From positions 1,152,001-1,216,000 of the forward strand of contig CAWBZV010000003.1 in assembly GCA_963793305.1 (NCBI GenBank): DNA of 64,000 bases, read 5' to 3'. The position numbers and the translations under genes are program-made. Below, one piece after another: positions 9,621-21,703 of this stretch. The stretch is from an uncultured Gemmatimonadales bacterium (GTDB lineage: Bacteria; Gemmatimonadota; Gemmatimonadetes; Gemmatimonadales; Gemmatimonadaceae). Position 1 is the first letter of the stretch. Each line of letters begins with the position of its first letter. The notes beneath the pieces are model-generated. The model was not told where the DNA came from. It saw only the letters and a program-made list of their open reading frames with translations, and did not search any database.

Positions 9621-11846
9621 ATGCGGTCCGTGGTTGCGCGTTACGCGCTCCCGGTCGTGTCACTTGCGGCCGCTCTCGCTGTGTCGCTGCTTGGTCAGCG
9701 TCACGACGACGCACTCGCGTTGTGCCTGGCCGCCGTGGTACTCACCACCTGGCTCGGCGGCCTGGGCCCCGGTGTCGTCGCCGCCCTCCTCGGCGTCGGT
9801 GTCGTCGACTACGCGATCGGCGACTATACGGTGCGCGACGCCGCCCCACATGCCGTGCTCTTTCTCGTGTCGGTCGTCATCGTCGGCTGGGCCCGTGATG
9901 AATTGACCGAGCGACGACGCAGCGAGAAGCAGTTGGCCGGTCAGTACGCGATCGCCCGCATCATCTCCCAGTCCACGACATGGACCGAGGCCGCACCCAG
10001 GCTGCTGGCGGCGATCGGCCGAATCACCGGCTGGGAGTGGGCCGCGTTCTTCACCGCCGATCGCGATGGCCTGAAAGTAAAATGCCGCGCGGTGTGGCAC
10101 GACGACACACTGCATGGTGCCGACGCGCTCGACGCGGCGAGCCAAGGCACGCTCGTCAGTCGCGAGGAGGGACTCATCGGCCGCGTGTGGAACGAAAGCG
10201 CGATCGCGGTGGCGCGCGATCTCATGGCCGATAACGCATTGCCGTCACCCATGGCGTCGGCCGCGCAACTCGCCGGTCTGGCAACGGCCGTCGCCGTGCC
10301 ACTCCGCGCCGGTCGCGAGACGCTCGGCGTGCTCGTGCTCATGAGCCGAGCGAGCGGAAAGGGCGCGCCGCCATTCGACGCGCGCCAGACCGAGACGCTG
10401 GCCGTGCTCGGCGAGCAGATCGGCCAGTTCACGTTCCGCCGGCGCGTGGAGCAAGACCGCGAGTCGTTGGCATCGCTCGTCCAGAACAGCTCCGATTTCG
10501 TGGGGATCGCATCGCTGGCGGGTGATTGGATGTTCATCAACCCCGCGGGGCAACGCCTCGTCGGCCTCGATGGCGACGCCGATGTCCGCGCGAGCCCCAT
10601 GCGAACGCTGCTGGTCGAAGACGTGACCCTCGCTGTGCTGGAGCACGGGTACTGGTCGGGCGACGCGCACCTGCGGCACGCGCGAACGGGCTCCGTCGTA
10701 CCGGTGCTGCAGCACATCTTCACGATCACGGCGCTCGACCGGCCGGTGGCGCTGGCGGTGATTGGCCGCGACCTGACCGACATCGAACGGCAGAACGAGC
10801 AGCTCCGGCGGAATGAGACGTACCTGGCCGAGGCGCAGCGCTTGAGCCAGACCGGGAGCTGGGCCCTCAAGGTGCCGTCGGGCGTCCGCCAGTGGTCGCG
10901 CGAAGCATTCCGCATCTTCGGCATCGATGCCGGCACGGTCGTCACGCGCGACGTCTTCGAGCGCTTCGTGCACCCAAGCGACCGCGCACGCGTGATGCAA
11001 ACCCTCGACCGCGCCATCGACGAGCGCACGGGTCTCGACATCACGTATCGGATCGTGCGCCCCGATGGATCCGTTCGGTACGCGCAGAGCGTTGGCCGGC
11101 CGATTCTGAATGCGGCTGGCGAGGTCGAGGAGCTGGTGGGCGTCGTCATGGACGTCACGGACCGCAAGCGCGCCGCGCGTGCCCTGCGTCGGGCGCGCGA
11201 GCGAGCGCTCACCGCCCGGTTCGCGGCGATGCTCGACGAGCGGGCGCGCGTCGCGCGCGAGATCCACGACAGCCTGCTCCAGGGTGTCACCGGGATCGCG
11301 CTCCAACTGCGCGCCATGCTGCCGCACGTGACGCCGGCCGACACCTTGCATTGGATCGTGGAGCTCGCCGATCGCACGAGCCACGAGGCCCGGCGCGCGA
11401 TCTGGGACTTGCGGTCGCCGTCGATCGCCGATGACATCATCGGTGCGCTGGAGGATGCCGCGCGCCGCCACCTGGCCGGGACGTTGCTCGCCTATCGCAT
11501 GACCGTCACGGGCCGACCGCGACCCCTGCCGCCTGCAGTTGTGCCGATCGCTGTCCGCATTATAGAAGAGGGTCTCACGAACGTCGTCAAACACGCGGGC
11601 GCCGCATCCGTCTGGCTGACGGTGGCCTACGAGCGCCGCGTGGTGCGGATCACCTTGGCTGATGATGGCCGCGGGTTCGACGTTGCGGGGGCGCGTGAGG
11701 GACACTGGGGCATCATCGGGATGATGGAACGCGCGGCGGAGATTGGCGCGCGGCTTCAGGTGCGCAGCACTCCCGAGAGCGGCACAGAGGTTGTGCTCGA
11801 AATCAGTCGTCGAGGTGGATTATCCCGCGCTGGAGAGCGACCGTAA
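9621..11846 (+). CDS. Sensor histidine kinase (membrane domain, GAF, PAS, PAS, HisKA_3, HATPase)
   Basis: ERARVAREIHDSLLQ, EGLTNVVKHA, DDGRGF, GHWGIIGM.ERA; PAS motifs VHPSDR and YRIVRPDG. Confidence 0.92.
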   Translation: MRSVVARYALPVVSLAAALAVSLLGQRHDDALALCLAAVVLTTWLGGLGPGVVAALLGVGVVDYAIGDYTVRDAAPHAVLFLVSVVIVGWARDELTERRRSEKQLAGQYAIARIISQSTTWTEAAPRLLAAIGRITGWEWAAFFTADRDGLKVKCRAVWHDDTLHGADALDAASQGTLVSREEGLIGRVWNESAIAVARDLMADNALPSPMASAAQLAGLATAVAVPLRAGRETLGVLVLMSRASGKGAPPFDARQTETLAVLGEQIGQFTFRRRVEQDRESLASLVQNSSDFVGIASLAGDWMFINPAGQRLVGLDGDADVRASPMRTLLVEDVTLAVLEHGYWSGDAHLRHARTGSVVPVLQHIFTITALDRPVALAVIGRDLTDIERQNEQLRRNETYLAEAQRLSQTGSWALKVPSGVRQWSREAFRIFGIDAGTVVTRDVFERFVHPSDRARVMQTLDRAIDERTGLDITYRIVRPDGSVRYAQSVGRPILNAAGEVEELVGVVMDVTDRKRAARALRRARERALTARFAAMLDERARVAREIHDSLLQGVTGIALQLRAMLPHVTPADTLHWIVELADRTSHEARRAIWDLRSPSIADDIIGALEDAARRHLAGTLLAYRMTVTGRPRPLPPAVVPIAVRIIEEGLTNVVKHAGAASVWLTVAYERRVVRITLADDGRGFDVAGAREGHWGIIGMMERAAEIGARLQVRSTPESGTEVVLEISRRGGLSRAGERP

Positions 11847-12426
11847 CGGCTTCGGTGCGGTCGCTCACGTCGAGTTTCGCCATCACGTGCTTGAGATGCA
11901 CTTTGACCGTCTCCTCGGTGCGACCGATCACGCGCGCGATGTCGCGATTGCGGAGACCGCGCGCCGCGAGTCGCAGCACCTCGACCTCGCGCGCCGTGAG
12001 ATCGATCCGCGGCGTGAATTCGGCGAGCTTGCTGGCGACCGATGGCGGGATCACGCGCTTGCCGTCGGCCGCTTGGCGAATCGCGCCGATCATCTCTTCG
12101 CCGAGCATGTCCTTGATGAGATAGGCGCAGGCCCCCGCGTCGAGCGCGCGATAGATGTCGGCATCGCCCTCATAGCTGGTGAGCGCGACCACGCGCGCGT
12201 TCGGGTTCGACGACACGATCGCGCGGATCGCGGCCACGCCATCGATCTTCGGCATCCGCAGGTCCATGAGCACGACATCGGGCCGGTGGACCTCATACAG
12301 CTGTATCGCGCTCGCGCCGTCGGTGGCCTCGGCGACCACCGTCATATCCGGCTCGTTGGCGATCAACGCCGCAATGCCGGCGCGGACGACGGGATGGTCG
12401 TCGGCGGTCAGAACGCGAATCGGCAT
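11803..12426 (-). CDS. NarL/LuxR-family response regulator
   Basis: DDHPVVRAG, DLRMP, LTAREVEVL...TVKVHLKHVMAKL. Confidence 0.95.
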   Translation of the reverse strand: MPIRVLTADDHPVVRAGIAALIANEPDMTVVAEATDGASAIQLYEVHRPDVVLMDLRMPKIDGVAAIRAIVSSNPNARVVALTSYEGDADIYRALDAGACAYLIKDMLGEEMIGAIRQAADGKRVIPPSVASKLAEFTPRIDLTAREVEVLRLAARGLRNRDIARVIGRTEETVKVHLKHVMAKLDVSDRTEAVTVALQRGIIHLDD

Positions 12427-12537
12427 GACAGAAGAAAACGGGTGGTTTCCCGGCTCATCAATAACTCGAACGGGGAGTTATAAGAGTATCCCTGCCGGTG
12501 ATATTCCGTTGCGTCGGGTGCCAATAGACTGGTCTCC

Positions 12538-13041
12538 ATGCGAACCGACAACTCTTTTGAGGAAATCGCCATTCCGCATCTGCCGGATGTCAGGCGATTC
12601 GCGCTGCGGCTCACCGGCGACGCGGATGAGTCGGCGGATCTCGTGCAGGAGACCTACTGGCGGGCCCTGCGCTCCTGGCACACGTACCGCCCGGATTCGC
12701 CGTGTGGACGCTGGCTGTTCGCGATCTGCCTTAACCTGTTCAGGCGGCAGTGGCAGCGCGGGCGGCGCATCGTGCGGCTCGTCGACGACAACGATCCCGT
12801 CGAAACGCCCTCGACGGCCCCGGACGTTGCTCCCGCCATTACCGATGCCGCGAGTCGACTCTCTCCAATCCTGCGTACCGTGTTCGAGCTCGTCGACATC
12901 CAGGGGGCGTCGTATACCGAAGCGGCCGTGGCCTTGCGTGTGCCGATCGGGACAGTACGCTCGCGCTTGCACCGCGCGCGCGCCTGTCTCCGACCGTCAC
13001 TCAGCTCTCACGCGCGGGATATCCACCTCGGCGCGGCCTAG
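12538..13041 (+). CDS. ECF sigma factor
   Basis: ADLVQETY.RA, WLFAI..N, SY.EAA..L.VP.GTVRSRLHRAR. Confidence 0.9.
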   Translation: MRTDNSFEEIAIPHLPDVRRFALRLTGDADESADLVQETYWRALRSWHTYRPDSPCGRWLFAICLNLFRRQWQRGRRIVRLVDDNDPVETPSTAPDVAPAITDAASRLSPILRTVFELVDIQGASYTEAAVALRVPIGTVRSRLHRARACLRPSLSSHARDIHLGAA

Positions 13042-13102
13042 GAAAGAGGTTGGCGGGGAGGTGTCCCCGGGCCCCTCCGATATCCACCTGGGCGCCGCCT
13101 AG
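13018..13102 (+). repeat. 24-bp direct repeat of the sigma gene 3' end
   Basis: GATATCCACCTCGGCGCGGCCTAG (13018-13041) vs GATATCCACCTGGGCGCCGCCTAG (13079-13102). Confidence 0.85.
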
Positions 13103-13902
13103 TGGTCGACCGTCACCGGCCCGTTGGTGGTCACGACGCGAACTGTCGGCCCGCCGCCGTTCACGTCCATCGACAGCCGCTTCAGGTCGAGGCGCCCCGA
13201 GACCGTGATGGGGAACCCGATCGACATCGGCCCATTCACGGTTCCGGTCTCGAGGTGCGCGGCGTAGCTCGCCGGTAGCGTGAGCTCGACCGGCCCATTC
13301 TCGGTCTCGGCGTCGAGACCCGATCCATCCCACTTTGAACCGGTGAGAGTCACCTCGACCGGCCCATTCTCCGTGCGAGCACGGACGTTGCCGCCGACCG
13401 CATAGAGCGAGATCGGCCCGTTCTGGCTCCGCAAATCGAGCTGCCCGGCGACATCGCTCGCCTCGACGGGCCCGTTGGTCGACTCGGCCGTGACGTCGGC
13501 CTTGAGCGGGACCTCGATCCGGTAGCTCACGGTCCACGACCTCCGGTGCCCGTGATACGGCGGCCCGTCGGCATGAATCCGACCGCCACTCGTCGTCACG
13601 TGAACCTGCGAGGCCATGTCCTTGGCCTCGGCATCCGTCGACGCCTCGGCCTCGACCAGCTCGTGCACCACCACGTCGCTCGTCGACCCGCCAATGATCT
13701 CGACCGCCCCGTTCTCTCCCGCGTCGACATTGATCGCGCCACCACTCGCGAGATGATCGATCCGCACCTCGCAGTACCGCGCGTGATCGTCGTGCCGCCA
13801 CTGGTCGCGGCACTCATCGACCCACTTCGCATCGTCGTGTTGCGCCCAGAGGCGAGCGCTCGCGATCGCGAGAGCGACCGGGACGGTCAGATAATATTTC
13901 AT
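13099..13902 (-). CDS. Exported DUF4097-like beta-strand repeat protein
   Basis: Signal peptide MKYYLTVPVALAIASARLWA; repeated (S/T).NGP(V/I) motifs. Confidence 0.8.
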   Translation of the reverse strand: MKYYLTVPVALAIASARLWAQHDDAKWVDECRDQWRHDDHARYCEVRIDHLASGGAINVDAGENGAVEIIGGSTSDVVVHELVEAEASTDAEAKDMASQVHVTTSGGRIHADGPPYHGHRRSWTVSYRIEVPLKADVTAESTNGPVEASDVAGQLDLRSQNGPISLYAVGGNVRARTENGPVEVTLTGSKWDGSGLDAETENGPVELTLPASYAAHLETGTVNGPMSIGFPITVSGRLDLKRLSMDVNGGGPTVRVVTTNGPVTVDH

Positions 13903-14006
13903 AGTGGTTGGACACCGCGTTTCGTCGGAACGTTTCGTGGCCGCGATATCGTTTCGTGAACGCTGTCGCTCGGCAGGCAAGCCCATGCAACCATGACGCT
14001 TACGTC

Positions 14007-14022
14007 CGGGCCACAGGTTTGC
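14007..14022 (+). promoter_or_regulatory. Putative sigma54 -24/-12 promoter (lactonase gene)
   Basis: CGGGCCACAGGTTTGC (GG-N10-GC), 42 bp before the start. Confidence 0.5.
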
Positions 14023-14063
14023 GGACGCGCCTCTCCATACTTCACCCTCCTGGAGACACCCAC

Positions 14064-15175
14064 GTGCCTCGTTTTCTCGTTCTCACCGCGGCCGCCGTCG
14101 GGCTCGCCGCCTGTGCCGACTCGCGCTCGGCGACCGCACCCACCGCGCCCGAATCTGGTCTACTCGCCAATCGGGATGGTGGCGGAATCGCCGGCGCCGT
14201 CTACACCTCGACGAACAGCACCGCCGCCAACGCCGTTGTGGCGTACGCACGAAACGACGCGGGCCGACTCACTCGGATCGGCTCATTCAACACGGGCGGC
14301 CTGGGCTTCGGCGCGGGTACCGATCCGTTGGGCTCGCAGTTCTCCGTGATCTTGGCCGAGGACCACGCCCACCTCTACGTCGTCAACGCGGGCTCGAACG
14401 ACATCACAGTCTTCGACGTCCAACGCGCCGGCGGACTCGTCTGGCGCCAGCGCATCGAATCGCGCGGGTCGACGCCGGTTAGCCTTGCACTGCGTGACGG
14501 TCACCTCTTCGTTCTCAATCAAGGCGACAACACCGTCGCCGGTTTCAGCGTTCACGACGATGGGACATTGACCCCGAGCAGCCACCAGAACCTGCCCGCC
14601 GGCGCTTCCGGCTCGTCCACGGTTCGCGTCGAAGGCCGCACGCTCATCGTTAGCGAGCGGAACACGAATCGTCTCGACCTCTTCCCGCTCGACGGCGATG
14701 GCCGCATCGGCCGCCCGGACACGGTGTCATCGAACGGCGCGACGCCATTTGGCCTCGACGTAGGCCACGGTGGCCTCATCCTCGTGTCCGAGGCTGGGCC
14801 GAACGCCGTCTCATCGTACCGCCTGCACGATGATCACTTCCGCCTCGACGACGGGTCGGTCCTGACGAACGGCAAGGCGACATGCTGGGTCCGCCTCAGC
14901 CCCGACGAGCGTTTCGCGTTCAGCGTGAACTCGGCAACCGCGTCGATGACGGCGTTCAAGGTCGATCCGAATGGCAACCTCGAGCTCAAGACGATCGGCA
15001 CGCTCACCGCGGGCTCGGCGCCGCTCGACAATGACGTGACCCCGGACAATCGCTTTGTGTACGCGGTCGAGGCGGTCGCCCTAGGAATCGGCGCGTTCGA
15101 GATCGGCGCGGACGGCAGTCTCACGCCGCTCCCGGGCGCGACCGGCGTTGGCGGAACGGAAGGTTTGGCCGCGTT

Positions 15176-15179
<4 letters not shown>
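14064..15179 (+). CDS. Lactonase-family beta-propeller lipoprotein
   Basis: GGAG SD, lipobox LAAC, LYVVNAGSNDITVF, ATCWVRLSPD. Confidence 0.85.
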
Positions 15180-16476
<1,297 letters not shown>

Positions 16477-16480
<4 letters not shown>

Positions 16481-18234
16481 GCGGCCGCCGGGATCTCGAT
16501 CCGGAACAACGCGCCCGGATCTGGTGCGCGATTCCGCGCCGTCAGACTGCCGCCCACAGAGCGCACGAGCCCCTCGGCCACGAAGAGCCCAAGGCCCACA
16601 CCATGCACGGCGGTCTTCGTCGTGAAGAACGGGTCAAAAATTCGCGGGAGCAGATCGTCGGGGATCCCCGGCCCATCGTCCGCCACGTCGATACGGATCA
16701 CGTCCCGCACGGCGCTCACCATGATCATGAGCGTCGCGCGGCCACTCGCCGCCTCGCTGGCGTTGCGCGCGAGATTCAACAAGACCTGCTTGAGCGCATC
16801 GGCTCCGATCGCGGCTTTCACGACGGCCGTATCCGTCTCGACGTGCACGGCGGCCAATGCATTGAGCTTGAGCAGCGCCGCCACCTCGCGGACGACCGCC
16901 GCCGGCTCGCACAGGGCTCCCCCCGCGTCGCGTGGCCGATTCAAGTCGAGCAAATTCTCGGCGAGCGCGTGCATGCGCATCAGCTCTTCGATCGCCAGAT
17001 CGGCGAACGTGCGCGTCTCGCCATCGTCACCCGAGCGGCGGCGGATCACCTCGAGGCAGTTCCGCACGTTGGCGACGGGATTTCGGATCTCGTGCGCCAG
17101 TTGGACGACCAGGTGTCCGGTCGCCGCCAGCCGGTCGCGCTGCATGAGTTGCGCCTGGAGCATCGACAGCTTCTCCGATCGCTCAGCCAGCGTCACGTTC
17201 GCCGACTGCACCTCGCCGAGTCGGGCCGCCAGGGCGCGGCGCATCTCGTCGAACGCGAGGGCGAGCCGACGCACCTCCAACGCGCCCGATGGCGTCACCG
17301 TTGCATTGAAATCGCCGTCCGCGAGCCGGTCTGCCGCATCGGCCAACGTCCGAACCGGAGCGGTCACGCGCCCCGCGAGCACGGCGCCGAGCAGCAGCGT
17401 CACGGCGAGCGCGAGCGCGCCGCTCGCCACGAGGACGCGTTGCAGGCGCGGCACGAGCGCCAGCTCACGCCCCAGGTCCCTCACGAACAGCACGTTCGCG
17501 CCGGGCGCCAAAGGCGCCGCGGCGACCAAATAGCGCCCGCTCCCAATCCGTACCTCGGACACCGAGTCGCCACGCGCCGCGCGGAGCGCGAGCGCGACGG
17601 CGAGCGTGTCCGCCGTCGTCGCGCCGGCCACGGCGCCGCCGGGTGCAACGAGGACCACGTCCGAGCGTGTCAACCCGGCAAGCGTTTCGGCCATGTCGCG
17701 GTCGAACGGGCGGGAGACGCCGGCCGCGCCGGCCCACGCCCCGTGCACGACGACTGGCGCGAGCGCGACGGCGTGCAAGGAGCGGCCGTCCGCGACCACG
17801 GCCAGCGCGTTCATCCCGCGGCGCGTCGAATCCACCAGCGCCGCTGTCGGAGACATGCCCGCCCATGCGGACCCGTCGCGGCCGACGAGTAGCGCGCCCT
17901 CGCCGGCGGCGGCCTGGCTCGTGGCCAGGACCTCTCGCGCGGCGTTGCGATCACCTGACATGAGCGCGCGACTGAGATCAGGGCTGGCGGCGATCGCCTG
18001 GGCCTCCATCACCATTGCCACCCCGATCGCGGCGTTGCGGTCGGCGAGCATGCGTGGCGAGGCCGCGAGATCGGCCCGCGCGCGCGCCTCGAGCGCGCCG
18101 GCAAGCCAGCGGTTGAGCACGAGACCCGCGGGCACCGTGCCCGCGAGCACGGCAAGGCCAATCAAGACCAGCAGCGTGCGTTGAAACGACAGGGGTCTGT
18201 CCTCCTCATTCACGTGACATTCTGGCGCGCTCAT
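16477..18234 (-). CDS. HAMP sensor histidine kinase (NtrB-like); start uncertain
   Basis: Two TM helices, HAMP, AHEIRNP, NLARNA, DDGPG, FDPFFTTK, GLGL. Confidence 0.9.
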
Positions 18235-18438
18235 GCGCAAGAGCCGCACCGATCTCGGGCGGCGGTTGCCCCGGCCCCACGCGGCCCAAGCCCGATGCCA
18301 CGGTTCCTTCGCCTGGTTCCGTCGGGACAGGGAGCCGTTTCCCGAGCGACCGCCTCACGTGGTTGACTCAATCACGGACATCGCCAAAACGCCTCTCGGC
18401 CTTCGACTTGTCGGCCCGTGGACGGTGACGGACCAGTG

Positions 18439-18454
18439 GGGGTCGGCCCCTTGC
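18439..18454 (+). promoter_or_regulatory. Putative sigma54 promoter (MXKDX operon)
   Basis: GGGGTCGGCCCCTTGC, 47 bp before the ATG. Confidence 0.5.
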
Positions 18455-18500
18455 GTAATGCGCCGACCGAGGGACACACACACCAGGAGGATATTTCTCG

Positions 18501-18983
18501 ATGTTGAGATTCATGAGTTGTTCCGCGCTCGTCTTGGGATTCGCGATCGCGACCCCGTTGGTCGCCCAACAGGCTATGAGCCACGACTCTGCCATGGGCA
18601 AAGATGCCATGGGCAAAGACGCGATGGGACACGATGCGATGGGCCATGGTGCCATGGGAGGCCACGTCGCGGGCGCATTCGCCAAAGGTGAGACGCCGGT
18701 CACGGGCGGGTATGCGGTCGAGACCATGAATGGCCACCAAGTCCTTTCGCTCACGTCCGATTTCACGATCGGCAAAGCGCCGGCGCCGTTCGTCGTGTTG
18801 AGCACGACCACCGGGCTCAGTGGCGACGCGATCTGGCTCGGCGAGCTCAAGCAGCGCAAGGGTGCGCAGTCGTTCGATATTCCCGCCGGAACGGACGTCA
18901 CCCATTTCAGTCAAGTCGTCATCTGGTCGAAGAGCGCCAAGCAGACTTTGGCGAGCGCCGACCTGCCGCACTCCGCCATGTAG
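18501..18983 (+). CDS. Periplasmic Met-rich pentapeptide (MXKDX-like) protein fused to a DM13-like domain
   Basis: AGGAGG SD; signal peptide; AMGKDAMGKDAMGHDAMGHGAMG; LGELKQRKGAQSFDIP...VVIWS. Confidence 0.8.
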   Translation: MLRFMSCSALVLGFAIATPLVAQQAMSHDSAMGKDAMGKDAMGHDAMGHGAMGGHVAGAFAKGETPVTGGYAVETMNGHQVLSLTSDFTIGKAPAPFVVLSTTTGLSGDAIWLGELKQRKGAQSFDIPAGTDVTHFSQVVIWSKSAKQTLASADLPHSAM

Positions 18984-19043
18984 TATCTCACGAAGGGGTC
19001 CGCCCGGCAGCCGATTCAGTGCCACCGGGCGGGAACCGTTTCT

Positions 19044-19757
19044 ATGCCAACTATCCTCATGATCCGTCATCACTGGGTCGTACGCCTGACGCATTGGATC
19101 GCGGTCGTGGCGATCACGATCATGGTCGGCTCGGGCCTTCGCATCTTCAACGCCTACCCGGCGTTTGCGCGCCGGGGTGGGACGTTCTGCTGCTATCCGT
19201 TCGAGAACAAACCGATCCCGGCCTGGCTCACGTTCGGCGGCTGGCTCGGCGGCGCGCGTCATTGGCATTTCGCCATGATGTGGATCCTGGTGCTCGATGG
19301 CCTCGTGTACATGGCGTTCATCTATCTCCACGGCGAGTGGCGAGATCTCGTCCCGCGCCGCGGCGATCTCCGCGACACAATCCAGATGATCCGGTTCTAT
19401 CTCTTTCTGCGTCGGGATCATCCGCATCAAGGCAAGCACAATGCGCTTCAGAAAAGCGCCTACTACGCCATGCCTTGGCTCGGTGTCATTCTCGTCCTCA
19501 CTGGACTCGCGATCTGGAAGCCGGTGGAGCTCGCCCCTCTGACCGCGCTCTTCGGCGGCTATATGTGGGCGCGCTACTGGCATTTCATGGCCATGACCGC
19601 GCTCGTGGTGCTTGCCGTCGGGCACGTCTTCATGGTCTTCGCGGTCGATCCGTACTCGATCCCCTCGATGATCACGGGACGGTACGACGAACGGTTCGCT
19701 CCCGACAAGCGCGACGCGCGACCGTTCTATCACCTCCTACCTCCGAAGCAGCCATGA
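19044..19757 (+). CDS. Cytochrome b subunit (Ni-hydrogenase/thiosulfate-reductase cyt b type)
   Basis: VRLTHW, GSGLRIFNA, RHWHF, KHNALQK, RYWHF...GHV. Confidence 0.88.
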   Translation: MPTILMIRHHWVVRLTHWIAVVAITIMVGSGLRIFNAYPAFARRGGTFCCYPFENKPIPAWLTFGGWLGGARHWHFAMMWILVLDGLVYMAFIYLHGEWRDLVPRRGDLRDTIQMIRFYLFLRRDHPHQGKHNALQKSAYYAMPWLGVILVLTGLAIWKPVELAPLTALFGGYMWARYWHFMAMTALVVLAVGHVFMVFAVDPYSIPSMITGRYDERFAPDKRDARPFYHLLPPKQP

Positions 19758-20464
19758 TCGACCGGCGGCGTTTTCTGGAGCTCGGCCTCGGTTCAGCCGC
19801 GGCCGCAATGCTCGTAGGTTGCAATTCGAGCGGGCCGCGGTGGGCACAACCCGCCCTCGAACTGGCCGAGCACGAGAACGAGGGCGTGGAACGGTTTCTG
19901 TTCCGCCACACGTCGATGGACCGGGTGGGGCGGAATGTGAAGGCCAGTGGGGCGGCGTTCCCGGCGTACTTCGTCGCCAACACCGTGCCAATGTGGGACC
20001 CGGCGAAGATGGGGCCCTGGCGCTTGGAGATCGGCGGGATGGTGGCCGCGCCGCGAACGCTGACGATGGGCGAGCTGAGTCGAATGCCATCGGTCACGCA
20101 GCGGGTGAACCACTACTGCGTCGAGGGCTGGACGGCGGTTGCGTCGTGGACGGGCGTGCGGCTCCGCGACCTGGCCGCCCTGGTGCGGCCCGCCCCGGAG
20201 GCTCAATACGTCGACTTTCAGTCGTTCGACGACGGCTACCACGAGTCGTGGGATTTGCCGAGCGCGATGCACCAGCAGACCCTGATCGCCTACGGCATGG
20301 ACGGCCAGTGGCTGGGCGCCGCGCACGGGGGCCCGGCGCGCGTCTACTCGCCGGTGAAGCTCGGCTATAAGAACACGAAGTACCTGACGAAGATCCTGTT
20401 CCTGCCGCAGCGCAACGGTGGCTACTGGTCCGACCAGGGCTACGAATGGTACGGCGGTATCTAG
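19754..20464 (+). CDS. Tat-exported molybdopterin oxidoreductase (sulfite oxidase family, MsrP/YedY-like)
   Basis: MIDRRRFL Tat motif, HYCVEGW, HGGPAR...KLGYKNTKY, GGYWSDQGY; ATGA overlap with the cyt b gene. Confidence 0.9.
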   Translation: MIDRRRFLELGLGSAAAAMLVGCNSSGPRWAQPALELAEHENEGVERFLFRHTSMDRVGRNVKASGAAFPAYFVANTVPMWDPAKMGPWRLEIGGMVAAPRTLTMGELSRMPSVTQRVNHYCVEGWTAVASWTGVRLRDLAALVRPAPEAQYVDFQSFDDGYHESWDLPSAMHQQTLIAYGMDGQWLGAAHGGPARVYSPVKLGYKNTKYLTKILFLPQRNGGYWSDQGYEWYGGI

Positions 20465-20479
20465 CGAACGGCGCGCACA

Positions 20480-21655
20480 TCATGATCGTGCCGCCGCCTC
20501 GCGCAGCAGAGCGTCGACCGCGCGATCTTCCCCGTCGTAGTCGCCCTCTCCGAAGTGGTGGTACCGGATGTGGCCCTCGGCATCGATGATGTAGACGGAC
20601 GGCCAGTATTCGTTGTGGAAGGCATTCCAGATGGCATAGTGCTCGTCGAGCACGACGGGGTAGACGACGCCGAGGCGCCGCACGGCGTCGCGGACATTGC
20701 TCTCCACGCGCTCGTGCGCGAGCTCCGGTGTGTGGATGCCGAGAACGACAAGGCCACGATCGCGATACTTGGCTTCTATCGCTTGGATGTGCGGCAGCGC
20801 ATTCAAGCAGTTGTAGCAGGAGAACGTCCAGAAATTGACCAGGATAACTTTTCCTTTCAGGGATTCGGCTGTCAGCGGAGTGGTGTTGATCCACCCGGTT
20901 GCACCCGCCAACCCGGGGAAAACGCCTTCGTCATCGTGCAGGTGGGTCAGGAGTCGCTGCTCGATCCTCCCGGTGTCGACCGGGCCCGCGCCGGCGAACA
21001 ACTGGGCGTCGCGTCCCGATGCAATGAGGAAGAGCGTGCCAAGTGCCGCCACGCCCACGCCGCGCCGCACCCACCGCTCGACTGGCAGGTATGCCTTGAC
21101 CCGAGCGAGGACGCGCCTGCTCGCGAGCATACCGATCGCGAGCGACGTCGCGGCGCCGAGCGCGAAGGTGAACAATAGCGCGGTCGTGCCGACGCTTGTG
21201 CCGCGAAGCGCCGCCGTGCTGATGACGAGCCCCAGAATCGGTCCGGCGCACGGTGCCCACAAGAGCCCGATGGCCGAGCCTATCGCGAGATTGCGCCCGA
21301 TGCGTGTGGATGTGTGGCCGCCGCGCGAATCAATCCAGCTGCCGAGCCGCACGAACGGTCGCGCCAATATGTCGGCGACTCGCGGCGCGATGAGACTGAC
21401 ACCGAGGAGGCCGAGCAGCGCGATACTCACGATGCGTCCCGCTTCGCTGACCTGGGTGAGCCACGAGAGGCCTGCCGTCGCGATCGACGCCGTCGCCGCG
21501 AACATGAGCGCGAGTCCAACGAGCATCGGCAGCACCTCGCGCGAAAACGAGCGGCCGGCGCGCGCGAAGACGAGAGGAATGACCGGCAGTACACACGGGC
21601 TCAGTATGGTGAGCGCGCCGGCGGCGAAGACGAGCACGAGCAGGGCGGTGAACAA
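20480..21655 (-). CDS. dipZ: DipZ-like protein (CcdA membrane domain + thioredoxin domain)
   Basis: ILSPCVLPVIP, LWAPCAGPILG, FWTFSCYNC; GGAGG SD before the TTG start. Confidence 0.88.
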   Translation of the reverse strand: MFTALLVLVFAAGALTILSPCVLPVIPLVFARAGRSFSREVLPMLVGLALMFAATASIATAGLSWLTQVSEAGRIVSIALLGLLGVSLIAPRVADILARPFVRLGSWIDSRGGHTSTRIGRNLAIGSAIGLLWAPCAGPILGLVISTAALRGTSVGTTALLFTFALGAATSLAIGMLASRRVLARVKAYLPVERWVRRGVGVAALGTLFLIASGRDAQLFAGAGPVDTGRIEQRLLTHLHDDEGVFPGLAGATGWINTTPLTAESLKGKVILVNFWTFSCYNCLNALPHIQAIEAKYRDRGLVVLGIHTPELAHERVESNVRDAVRRLGVVYPVVLDEHYAIWNAFHNEYWPSVYIIDAEGHIRYHHFGEGDYDGEDRAVDALLREAAARS

Positions 21656-21687
21656 TTGTGCCTCCGATTGAAGTGCGCACATAGAAG

Positions 21688-21703
21688 GCAATCGCCCGGC
21701 CCA
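21688..21703 (-). promoter_or_regulatory. Putative sigma54 promoter (dipZ)
   Basis: TGGGCCGGGCGATTGC on the minus strand, 33 bp before the start. Confidence 0.5.

Noticed and set aside
19019..19753. N-terminal extension of the 481-aa molybdoenzyme ORF
   Set aside because: It overlaps the cytochrome b gene out of frame; the Tat motif and ATGA coupling place the start at 19754
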